Source: Terriglobia bacterium (GTDB lineage Bacteria; Acidobacteriota; Terriglobia; Acidiferrales; UBA7541). From it: DNA of 64,000 nt. Positions 1 through 8,289 of this stretch are shown here, in pieces. The translations under genes and the position numbers were made by a program. The notes below the pieces were generated by a model. That model was not told where the DNA came from, ran no database searches, and saw only the letters and a list, made by a program, of their open reading frames with translations. Location: contig OY968796.1 in NCBI GenBank assembly GCA_963695545.1, forward strand, positions 4,064,001 to 4,128,000, given 5' to 3'. How positions within the stretch are numbered: position 1 is the stretch's first letter; each line of letters starts with the position of its first letter.

Positions 1-1433
1 TAAAGATGGACATAGAGACCGTCGCTCGCAGTGCTGTAAAAATAGCCGGGAAGCGAAGCGATAGTGCGCTCGAAATTCGGCGGGCAGCAAATTGTGCTGT
101 ACCAGGGATTACGAATGGTGACGCCGGCCGACGGATCGAACGCGAGCGGATTGGTGTAGCAATAGAGCGTGCCGCTCAAGGACATTCCGGAATTGATGCC
201 GTTGTACAAAGCGCGCTCGAGCACGTCGGTGAATTTGGCGTCGCCAGTGGCGGCGAGCATGCGCCAATTCCACATCATGCTGCCGATCGCGGCGCAGGTT
301 TCGGCGTAGGCGCTGGCGTTGGGCAACTCGTAGGAAGAGCCGAAGGATTCTCCCTGAGCGCGGGCGCCCACGCCGCCGGTGACGTACATTTTCGTGTCGG
401 CCATGTTGTCCCACAAAGTGTTCAGCGTCTTCCAATACGTTGGGTCGCCGGTCTCGAGGTAGTAGTCGGCGGCGCCGCAGCAGGCATACAGCGCGCGGAC
501 AGCGTGGCCTTCCATCTGCGTGCGCGCGATGAAGGGCGTGCCGGAGAAAAGATAAATGCTCACCTGGCGAAGGACGTGAATGCGATCGTCGCCACCGAGG
601 ATGTAGCCGGCGAGATCGAGGTGACGCTTGTCACCGGTAAGGCGATAGAGCTCGACGAGCGCCATTTCGACTCCCGGATGGCCGGAAATGATGGGCAACT
701 TCGGCGCAGGGCCGTAGGTCGGCAAGACAAAGTCGTTCACCATGCGGATTCCGGCGTCGAGCCACTTGCGATCGCCGGTGGCGCGGTAATAGGCGATGGC
801 GGCGAGCAGCAAGTGGCCCAGGCAATAGAGCTCGTGGCCGGTCTGCTGCGTTTCGGGCGTCATGCTGAGGGCGGCGCGGTCGCCGACGAAGTAGGTGCCG
901 ATGTAACCGCTTGGTTCTTGCGAAGCGGTGACGATGTCGATCACATATTCGGCTTTTTTGCGCAGCTCGGGGCTGTCTCCAGACTGAAGAGTAAAGCCAA
1001 CCGCCTCAGTCCATTTGTAGAGATGGGAATCGCAGCCGACATTGCCGACCTCGGGAGCGTCGCTCTTGCCCTGGAGGCGAAGAAAATTGTTCATGCGGCC
1101 ATGAGCTTCCATGAGGTCGTAGAGGGTCGGCATGCTTTGCGTGACGGTGGCTTCGCGGCGCGGAGCCCAGAAACCAGTTTCGATGGTGACGGCGCGGATG
1201 GGGACGTTGTGAAGCTTGGCGTAGGGTGAGTGCGCGAGGTTCAGGACGCCTTGATCGCGCCAAGAGGGTTGATCGGTGAGCGGGACGGGGGCGTCCTGGC
1301 TCGCCTGGGATGCGGCTTTGGAAGCGCGTCCGGGGGTCGCGGCAAGCGCTCGCTCGGTCGCGGCCAACGATGAGATCGCTGCACTGGAAAGCGCGGACGC
1401 TACGAATTGGCGACGAGTGATGTCCTTCAACAT
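1..1433 (-). CDS. GH127 beta-L-arabinofuranosidase-like glycoside hydrolase, Tat-exported; 3' end runs off the window
   Basis: Missing from the ORF track; translated by hand from ATG at 1433: MLKDITRRQFV (Tat motif), HELYCLGH, EGHAVRALY, GESFG, YAETCAAIG, ERALYNG, CCPPN, which are the GH127 Zn/Cys-nucleophile motifs. Frame stays open to position 1. Confidence 0.92.
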   Translation of the reverse strand, partial: MLKDITRRQFVASALSSAAISSLAATERALAATPGRASKAASQASQDAPVPLTDQPSWRDQGVLNLAHSPYAKLHNVPIRAVTIETGFWAPRREATVTQSMPTLYDLMEAHGRMNNFLRLQGKSDAPEVGNVGCDSHLYKWTEAVGFTLQSGDSPELRKKAEYVIDIVTASQEPSGYIGTYFVGDRAALSMTPETQQTGHELYCLGHLLLAAIAYYRATGDRKWLDAGIRMVNDFVLPTYGPAPKLPIISGHPGVEMALVELYRLTGDKRHLDLAGYILGGDDRIHVLRQVSIYLFSGTPFIARTQMEGHAVRALYACCGAADYYLETGDPTYWKTLNTLWDNMADTKMYVTGGVGARAQGESFGSSYELPNASAYAETCAAIGSMMWNWRMLAATGDAKFTDVLERALYNGINSGMSLSGTLYCYTNPLAFDPSAGVTIRNPWYSTICCPPNFERTIASLPGYFYSTASDGLYVHL

Positions 1434-1487
1434 GGCCGTGCCCCCTGGCGAAGCAGAGTTGCGCGCGAACCTGGCGCGAACGGTGCG

Positions 1488-1519
1488 ATTCTAACACGAA
1501 GGCGCAAGTAAACGATTGC
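1488..1519 (-). promoter_or_regulatory. Promoter of the GH127 gene (extended -10 TGtTAGAAT) with a LacI-type operator over the -35 region
   Basis: ATTCTA at 1488-1493 (TAGAAT on the minus strand, preceded by TG); GTAAACGATTGC at 1508-1519. Confidence 0.6.
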
Positions 1520-1682
1520 CCGTGGGTTGCGGCAATGCGCCGCGCGCAGACTGGCGCAGCAAAACGTTTCGCGCAGATCGCGAGAAGATGACGCGTTGGC
1601 TGGCGCGAAGCGATGGGCGGGGCTGGCCGAGCAGGCACGCGGCGCCTCGGAGCGAGCATCGAAAAAACTGATGCACGGGAGG

Positions 1683-1949
1683 CATACCCCCCTCCCCCCC
1701 GGGGTGTTTTTTGGAACTGTTGATTCTGCTCGACTTTAAGTCCTTTGCGCCAGAACTGGTGATTCTAAAAGGGTTAAAACGCGATTTTTCAGAACTGGTC
1801 ATTCTAAATGAGTTGCAGGCGAAAAGGCCCTGGATTGGGCAATTTTGAAGGCGTTTCGGCGAGGATGTTGGTTCGCGATACATGCTGAACCATAGCACAT
1901 TTATAGCGTATGTGTCAAGGTAATTATATAGCTATTCGAATAGAAATCC
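1683..1949 (-). repeat. Dispersed intergenic element, copy A: palindrome + sigma70 promoter + three 39-bp repeats + G-rich tail
   Basis: CTATTCGAATAG at 1932-1943; TTGACA at 1918-1913; 18-bp spacer; TGcTATGGT; GAACTG(G/T)T(G/C)ATTCT at 1714, 1753 and 1792; homologous to 41723-42071. Confidence 0.7.
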
Positions 1950-2179
1950 TCAGACCTCGCTCTTTTCAGCGCGCATTCGAATTCGCGAGCCGTTCGAAGG
2001 GCTCTCTCCACGGATGCAAGAGCTTGACACCGCAGCGGAGGCGTGCAAAGTTTGGCCGATGAAAGCCGAAAGTGACCGATCGAGGACTAATCCCTTCTTC
2101 CACTCTCTTCGAAGCGGAAAATCGGGCGCGAGATCCGCGGAAACTCCAAAGAACTGCGCGGGCGCCGCATCGGATTGCC

Positions 2180-3376
2180 ATGGGTTCGGATAACCTGCTC
2201 GTCGTTCAGGCGGGCGGGCCGACGCCGGTGATGAACGCGAGCCTCTATGGAGTACTGAAGGAAGCGAACCAGAGTGGCAACGGGAAGGTGCTTGGAGCGC
2301 GGCGCGGTTTGGAAGGATTGATTCAAGGCCGCGTCGTGGATCTTGGCGGGCTGACATCACTGCAACTTGAACGCCTCAGACTAAGTCCGGGCGCGGCACT
2401 GGGTTCCTCGCGGCTGAAACCCTCGGAATCGGATTTCGAACAGACCATTCAAAATCTTAGGAAGCTGGACGTTCGCCGGATATTGATGATCGGTGGAAAT
2501 GGAACCATGCATGCGGCGGAGAAGTTTGGACGTTTCTGCGCGAGCGTGAAGTATGAGGTGCGCATAATCGGAATTCCCAAGACGATCGACAACGATATAA
2601 ACGGCACCGATCGCTGCCCCGGGTACGCCAGTGCGGCGCGCTACGTGGCGCAATCGACGCGCGATCTGGGGATGGATCTTCGTTCGCTGCCGCAGCCGGT
2701 CTCGATTTTGGAGACGATGGGGCGGAACGTGGGATGGCTGGCCGCGGCATCGGTGGCGGGAAAACGATCTGAAGAGAATGCTCCGCATCTGGTTTACGTG
2801 CCGGAAATTCCGTTTGAGATGGAGAGGTTTCTCTCCGATCTGGAGCGAGTGCTCGGAAGGCAGGACTGGGCGATTGTGGTGGTCGCCGAGGGAATCAGGG
2901 ACAAGGCGGGTCGCCCGATTTATGAAGCGGCAGAGGCGTCGCAGGCCGATGCGCTCAGCCGGCCGCTGATGACCGGAGTTGCTCGCGTACTCGCCGAAAC
3001 GGCCGCGCGTGAACTGAAAGTGCGCTGTCGAGACGAGAGGCCTGGGTTGGTGGGGCGAGCATCGATGCTGCACGTTTCGACGCAGGATCTGCGGGATGCG
3101 GAACTCGTGGGAAGGGCGGCATTTCGCGCGGTATGGGCGAATCATGACGCGGAAATGCTGGCGCTGACACCGCTCGATCGCGAAGAAGGTTCCGGATTTG
3201 AGATGGTTCCGTTTGGTTCGGTGATAGGACCCGAGCGAGGGATTCCGGCGGAATGGCTGTGCGATGGCGACATCCCGCTCGACGATAAGTTCAAGAAATA
3301 TGTTGGGCCGTTGATCGGGGACCTCTTGGAATACGATTCTGCCGTCGCGAGCCTGGAGCCACAAGATCGGCCGTGA
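2180..3376 (+). CDS. Phosphofructokinase, PfkA family (PPi-PFK-like group II)
   Basis: QAGGPTPVMNASL, LGSSR, IGGNGT, IPKTIDND, ETMGRNVGWL, VVAEG motifs; likely start ATG at 2180. Confidence 0.9.
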   Translation: MGSDNLLVVQAGGPTPVMNASLYGVLKEANQSGNGKVLGARRGLEGLIQGRVVDLGGLTSLQLERLRLSPGAALGSSRLKPSESDFEQTIQNLRKLDVRRILMIGGNGTMHAAEKFGRFCASVKYEVRIIGIPKTIDNDINGTDRCPGYASAARYVAQSTRDLGMDLRSLPQPVSILETMGRNVGWLAAASVAGKRSEENAPHLVYVPEIPFEMERFLSDLERVLGRQDWAIVVVAEGIRDKAGRPIYEAAEASQADALSRPLMTGVARVLAETAARELKVRCRDERPGLVGRASMLHVSTQDLRDAELVGRAAFRAVWANHDAEMLALTPLDREEGSGFEMVPFGSVIGPERGIPAEWLCDGDIPLDDKFKKYVGPLIGDLLEYDSAVASLEPQDRP

Positions 3377-3512
3377 ACCGCGCGAGGGGCGCGCCTTGGA
3401 GACCTGCGTCTAATCGCCCGCCGTGGAGTGACGGATGCTTGGCAGACAGTGCGGTCTTTTAGGGACGAGATCTGAGGATGTGAACGCCTAGTAGGAATGT
3501 ACTAGAAAAAGC

Positions 3513-3592
3513 TTGACAGCGGAATTCAAGTGGCATATATCCTTCGGCGATTGAGCAAACGTTTACAGTGAATCCGGCAAGTGAACGTTTAC
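3513..3592 (+). promoter_or_regulatory. sigma70 promoter with two LacI-type operators upstream of the TonB-dependent receptor
   Basis: TTGACA at 3513-3518; GCAAACGTTTAC at 3555-3566; GTGAACGTTTAC at 3581-3592. Confidence 0.7.
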
Positions 3593-3656
3593 GCTCGATA
3601 ACCGGGGAAACGCATGGATGAAATGGGGGAGACGCGTGATTAAAGGGGGCGAAGAG

Positions 3657-6600
3657 ATGCGAGCGAGATTTTTTGTTGGGTGGTCGATTCGACTGCTGGC
3701 CGCGGTTCTGTTGGTATCAGGTTCGGCTTGGGCGCAGTTCACCTCAAACATTCAAGGAACGGTCTCAGATCCTACCGGCGCGGCGGTTGCACAAGCGAAG
3801 GTCACACTTGTGAACACGAGCACGCAGGTGTCGGCGACTGCGCCGACGGATACCACGGGATTATATCGGTTCGAAAGCGTGGCGCCGGGTGCGTACGAAA
3901 TTTCGGTGGATGCGACGGGCTTTGCGACCGCCGAGGAGACAGTAACGCTAACGACGGATCAAAACCTGAGCGTCAACATCACCCTAAAAGTGGGCACAGC
4001 GAGTCAGTCGGTTGTGGTGACCGCGGAATCTACGGTCTTGAACACGACCGAGGAACGAAACCAACAGACCATCCAAACGCAGGAGCTGGCTCAGGTTCCG
4101 CTGGCGGGGCGCAACATGCTTTCGCTGACGACGCTGGCCCCGGGGATGTCTGGACTGGGTGTGAATGGCGGTCCGGGCGTGTCAGGCGGCACTCCGGGAA
4201 CCGGAGTAGACAACTTCAGCACGGAAGAGGCGGTTGACGCGAGCGGCAAGGGCCAAGGCACGGTTTCCAATCTGTGGATCGTGGACGGGCTGAACTTGAG
4301 CAGTGCGATTCGCCAGGGCGTCCTAAATCTCACACCCAATCCAGACACGGTTCAAGAAGTGAGCAACCAGGTCAATACATTTTCCGTTGAATATGGCAAC
4401 GCCAGCGGCGTGCAGTTCGCGATCACCACGAAGTCCGGTGACGATCAATTCCACTTCCTGGCTAGCGACTATTTCAGCAACCAACACATGTTTGCCTTTG
4501 GCCATTTGCCCGGCAACAACCTCCATCCCTACAGTCCATTCCACAGCAACGACCTATCCGGGACGGTCGGCGGCCCGATTATTCCGCACCACCGTTTTTA
4601 CTTTTTCTTCGGCGTCGAGCCGTTGCGTGAATCCGTTTCCACGGGTAACACGGTTCAGACCTATGCGGCTCCGCAGGCAGGCGGTTTCATTCCCTGGGCG
4701 GAGGCCAACTATCCGAGCAACCTTGGAACCAAGATTCTGACGGGGTTCCCGGTTTCCCCCGCGGTGATTTTCACGAGCGTAAACCAGACCGCGGCCCAGG
4801 TTTTTCCAACCACTTGCGGAACGGCGGCCACGAATAATCTGCCGTGTGCGACGATCATGACCGACAACGGAGTATTCAACGCGACTAACTTCCGCAACGG
4901 CACGCAGTATTTCGCCCGCTTTGACAAGTATTTCGACAAGGATCGCATCTATTTCAGTTTCTACCGTACGCTTCTGGCCACCGGTGGACCGGCTACGATC
5001 CCGGCGTTCGGGAGCACGAACAATACTTACGAGCGGGCCATACAGGGTGGTTGGACACACACGTTCAGTCCGACCTTGCTGAATGAAGTGTCGGTTGGAA
5101 ATAGCCGCGTGCAGGGTATCGACGATGAAACCGGCGACTTCGACGTGCCGGCAATCAACGTGACCGGGCAGAACGTCGGCTACGGCATCGGCTTTGCGCA
5201 AGGCAATTTCATCCAACACAACTATCACTGGCGCGACGTCTTGACGAAGGTCCATGGAAATCACGTGATCAAGGTGGGCTACGACGGTTGGTGGGGCGAC
5301 GACAACGCACTGTTCCAGGGGCCGTGGTCACACCCGACGTTCAGTTTCACCAGCCTGCTAACGCTGGCGCAGGACGCACCCCAAAATGAAACTGGCGTGT
5401 TCTACAATCCCCAGACAGGCCAGGAAGCGTTGATGAGTTGGGACGCTCGTGGGTCAACCTACGGCGCATTTGCCGAAGACACGTGGAAAGCTCGGCGCAA
5501 TTTGACCGTGACGTTGGGCTTCCGGTTTGACAACGATGGAAACCCGAATTCGGGTTCGCCTACGACGGTATTTGGCAACTTCTACCTAGGCACCGGAACA
5601 ACCTTCAATCAGGAGGTTGCCAACGGCTCTGCGTCAGCCTCGCACTATTCGCTCAACTCCGCACCGAAAGGCTACGATCCGCGAATCGGGTTCGCGTGGG
5701 ATGTCACAGGATCGGGAAACTGGGTGTTGCACGGCGGATTCGGTATCTATACGGATGCGCTTTCATTTGCCAACATTCAGGAACAATTCCGGGGCAATCC
5801 GCCGGGGTATATTTCAACTAACTTCGTTGCGAATTCCTCGACACCCCCAATTTTCGACTTGGGTACCACTGACACGCCACCGTATGGATTCGTATACCCT
5901 GCGCTGGCGGGTTCAGCGCTTTGTCCCGTAGCGCCGTGTCTCAACTCCCATGGAGGAATTGTGGGGTCGGGAATCGGGATTGGCGGACAAAACCCGAACA
6001 TAAAATCTCCGTCGTCCTACCAGTGGGCGGCTACGCTCGAGCATAAGATGGGCAACGATCTCGTTGCCAGTGTGCTTTACAGCGGCGCGCACGACAGCGA
6101 CCTGGTTTCGGGCGGAGACGTGGGTGGCAACGTCAACTACGGTACGAACATCAATAATTTGCCGGGAGGCCTGATAGGCCTGCCGACCGGCACGCTTGCG
6201 CCGACGATCAATTCGAGTTTCGGTACGATCAACTATAGTCAGAACAATGCCTACAGCAACTACGAGGGCATAACGTTTGACATGCGCGGGAGACTAAAGC
6301 ATGCGTTCTTTGACGCATCGTACACGCGGTCTTCTTCAAAGGACGATGCCGGCTACTATCCGAATACGGCGAACACTGCATTTTACTATGGACCCTCACC
6401 GTGGGATGTTCCCAACCGCTTCTCTCTGTCCTTCAACTATCAGTTTACGGGCCTGCACAGTGGCGAGGGGGCGGTAGGGAAATTCACCGGGGGCTGGGGA
6501 GTCAGTGGGACCAGCATCTACCAGACCGGCTATCCGTTCTCGGTCAGCGCCGGGAATATCTTTAACCAGTCCGCTTACGTCGCAGGTGGAGACGCGCACC

Positions 6601-6995
6601 TAGAGACTACCGGCGACTACAGCGCTGACGGAGAAAATAACGATTTCCCGAACGTGACCAATTACACCCAGACGTCGAATTACTTCAGTTCGTCGTCGAC
6701 CAACTACGGCGTCTTCGCCGCAGGGCAATTCACCGTGCCTACCATGGGTACCTTCGGCAACGAGACGAACCATTCATTCCGCGAACCGTCTTTCGCGGAG
6801 ACCGATATCAGCGTTTACAAAGACAATCACATAACGGAGAGGCTCAACTTCCAATTCCGATTTGACCTCTTCAACGTGTTCAACCGCGGAAACTTCCAAG
6901 GCATCCAGGCCAATGTGAACGCTGGAAACTTCGGTCAGGTGACCAGCGAATTGCTGCCCTTCTTCTGGGATGTCGGAGGGAAGTTCACGTTCTAG
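3657..6995 (+). CDS. TonB-dependent receptor (Oar-type) with N-terminal carboxypeptidase-regulatory-like domain
   Basis: Signal peptide ending AWA-Q, IQGTVSDPTGAAVAQAKVTL, PLAGRN, ITTKSG, EDTWK..LTVTLGFRFD, C-terminal GGKFTF; about 1110 aa. Confidence 0.93.
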   Translation: MRARFFVGWSIRLLAAVLLVSGSAWAQFTSNIQGTVSDPTGAAVAQAKVTLVNTSTQVSATAPTDTTGLYRFESVAPGAYEISVDATGFATAEETVTLTTDQNLSVNITLKVGTASQSVVVTAESTVLNTTEERNQQTIQTQELAQVPLAGRNMLSLTTLAPGMSGLGVNGGPGVSGGTPGTGVDNFSTEEAVDASGKGQGTVSNLWIVDGLNLSSAIRQGVLNLTPNPDTVQEVSNQVNTFSVEYGNASGVQFAITTKSGDDQFHFLASDYFSNQHMFAFGHLPGNNLHPYSPFHSNDLSGTVGGPIIPHHRFYFFFGVEPLRESVSTGNTVQTYAAPQAGGFIPWAEANYPSNLGTKILTGFPVSPAVIFTSVNQTAAQVFPTTCGTAATNNLPCATIMTDNGVFNATNFRNGTQYFARFDKYFDKDRIYFSFYRTLLATGGPATIPAFGSTNNTYERAIQGGWTHTFSPTLLNEVSVGNSRVQGIDDETGDFDVPAINVTGQNVGYGIGFAQGNFIQHNYHWRDVLTKVHGNHVIKVGYDGWWGDDNALFQGPWSHPTFSFTSLLTLAQDAPQNETGVFYNPQTGQEALMSWDARGSTYGAFAEDTWKARRNLTVTLGFRFDNDGNPNSGSPTTVFGNFYLGTGTTFNQEVANGSASASHYSLNSAPKGYDPRIGFAWDVTGSGNWVLHGGFGIYTDALSFANIQEQFRGNPPGYISTNFVANSSTPPIFDLGTTDTPPYGFVYPALAGSALCPVAPCLNSHGGIVGSGIGIGGQNPNIKSPSSYQWAATLEHKMGNDLVASVLYSGAHDSDLVSGGDVGGNVNYGTNINNLPGGLIGLPTGTLAPTINSSFGTINYSQNNAYSNYEGITFDMRGRLKHAFFDASYTRSSSKDDAGYYPNTANTAFYYGPSPWDVPNRFSLSFNYQFTGLHSGEGAVGKFTGGWGVSGTSIYQTGYPFSVSAGNIFNQSAYVAGGDAHLETTGDYSADGENNDFPNVTNYTQTSNYFSSSSTNYGVFAAGQFTVPTMGTFGNETNHSFREPSFAETDISVYKDNHITERLNFQFRFDLFNVFNRGNFQGIQANVNAGNFGQVTSELLPFFWDVGGKFTF

Positions 6996-7059
6996 GCTAA
7001 TTTCGACCACCCCTGAGGAAACCGCGTTCCGACCCCGGAGACGCGGTTCCTCAGCACCA

Positions 7060-7093
7060 GAGGCGGGGCTACCCAGCCCCGCCTCAATTTTTT
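7060..7093 (+). terminator. Rho-independent terminator
   Basis: GAGGCGGGGCT-ACCC-AGCCCCGCCTC followed by a T-run; a second hairpin lies at about 7013-7054. Confidence 0.8.
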
Positions 7094-7157
7094 GCGCGTC
7101 TGTTCTCGTCGAAATCGGGCAGTCGAAGCGGAGCGCGTGGTATCCGTCGAGATTATT

Positions 7158-7997
7158 TCAGGACAGGTCAGGAGCGGAGTTAACGGAGTAGACGACGGGA
7201 TTCAGCGGGCTGTCAATTGTATCGCCGATTTTCACGCCGGGGCACCAGGTGTCCCAATCATTTTGCTGATGTTTATTTCTTGGCTGAATCAGGCGCATGT
7301 CCCGGTCCATGTAAATGATCGTCATCACTTCGCGCGCACGGGGCAGTTTGTTGGGACCGGCGCGATGGAAAGTGAGGCCAAGATGAAAGCTCACTTCGCC
7401 GAGATCGAACGGCGTTTCGTCGACGGGGAGATTCGAGAGTTTTAGCTGCTCGTCGATTTTCTTTTCGCTGGCATCGCTGATTTCAAGTTCACGGCCGATC
7501 TTGATTCGCTGGCTGCCGACGGAGAACATCAGCGGGCCGTTCTCCATGGGCACGGCGTGCAGAGGGATCCGTGCGGTAATCATCTTTTCGCTCGAGACGG
7601 GCCAGTAGTACTGATCGACGTGCCACGGTGTATAGCCGCCTCCCGCTTCCTTGTAGAGCGCCTGGTCATGGTAAATGCGAACGCCTTGGGTGTGAAGCAG
7701 CTCGGTGGCAATTCGCGCCAGGCGTTTCCCGGAGACAAATTCCTTCACGATACCGTTGCGGCGCCAGATGTTCATGATCTGGAGAAACGCCTTGCCGTAG
7801 GTGTTGCGATGTTCGAGCGGCTGGTAATTCGCGCTCTGCTCAAGGACTAAGCGGGCGATCTCTGCCCGGTAGTAAGAGAGTACGTCTGGGGTGAGGACGT
7901 TCTTGAGCTTAATGAAGCCGTCGTTTTGAAAGCGAGCGACTTGTTCGGGAGAGATTTTGTACTCGGAATCGATGTCGAGAGGGTGAGGCGCGGTCAT
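7158..7997 (-). CDS. Phytanoyl-CoA dioxygenase (PhyH) family Fe(II)/2-oxoglutarate oxygenase
   Basis: FQNDGFIKL, TPWHVDQYYW (HxD), FHRAGPN...R. Confidence 0.88.
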   Translation of the reverse strand: MTAPHPLDIDSEYKISPEQVARFQNDGFIKLKNVLTPDVLSYYRAEIARLVLEQSANYQPLEHRNTYGKAFLQIMNIWRRNGIVKEFVSGKRLARIATELLHTQGVRIYHDQALYKEAGGGYTPWHVDQYYWPVSSEKMITARIPLHAVPMENGPLMFSVGSQRIKIGRELEISDASEKKIDEQLKLSNLPVDETPFDLGEVSFHLGLTFHRAGPNKLPRAREVMTIIYMDRDMRLIQPRNKHQQNDWDTWCPGVKIGDTIDSPLNPVVYSVNSAPDLS

Positions 7998-8144
7998 GTT
8001 CGTCAGTCGAAAGCCTTCGGATTTAGCCTGGCGCGGAGCACGTGGTCTTGCGCCCGCAACTGCCACTTATTCAATGGCTTATCTCGTCCCCATGGTGTAG
8101 CGGAAATCCCGACGCGGTGATGTTTTTCGACCGACCTGTCTGAC

Positions 8145-8198
8145 TTGACAGCGCTACCTCCATCACCTAGCCTAGCGGCGGAGTGAGCAAACGTTTGC
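8145..8198 (+). promoter_or_regulatory. sigma70 promoter with LacI-type operator
   Basis: TTGACA (8145-8150), 17 bp, TAGCCT (8168-8173); perfect palindrome GCAAACGTTTGC at 8187-8198. Confidence 0.7.
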
Positions 8199-8289
8199 CG
8201 CAGATGACGTCGAAAGCTTGATGACACTTGACCTTCTATACGATTTCATTCGCGTGGTAAAGGGAAGATTCGGCCTCGCGGGCGTCTGG

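Noticed and set aside
6..1229. 407-aa plus-strand ORF
   Set aside because: Antisense shadow of the GH127 gene on the minus strand; it has no family motifs.
1714..1830. CRISPR array interpretation of the 39-bp repeats
   Set aside because: Only a 14-bp degenerate core, three units, period too short, and no cas genes in the window.
1491..1898. ORF across element A as a real protein gene
   Set aside because: No recognisable domain, and the equivalent frame in copy B stops after 27 codons; kept only as part of the element finding.
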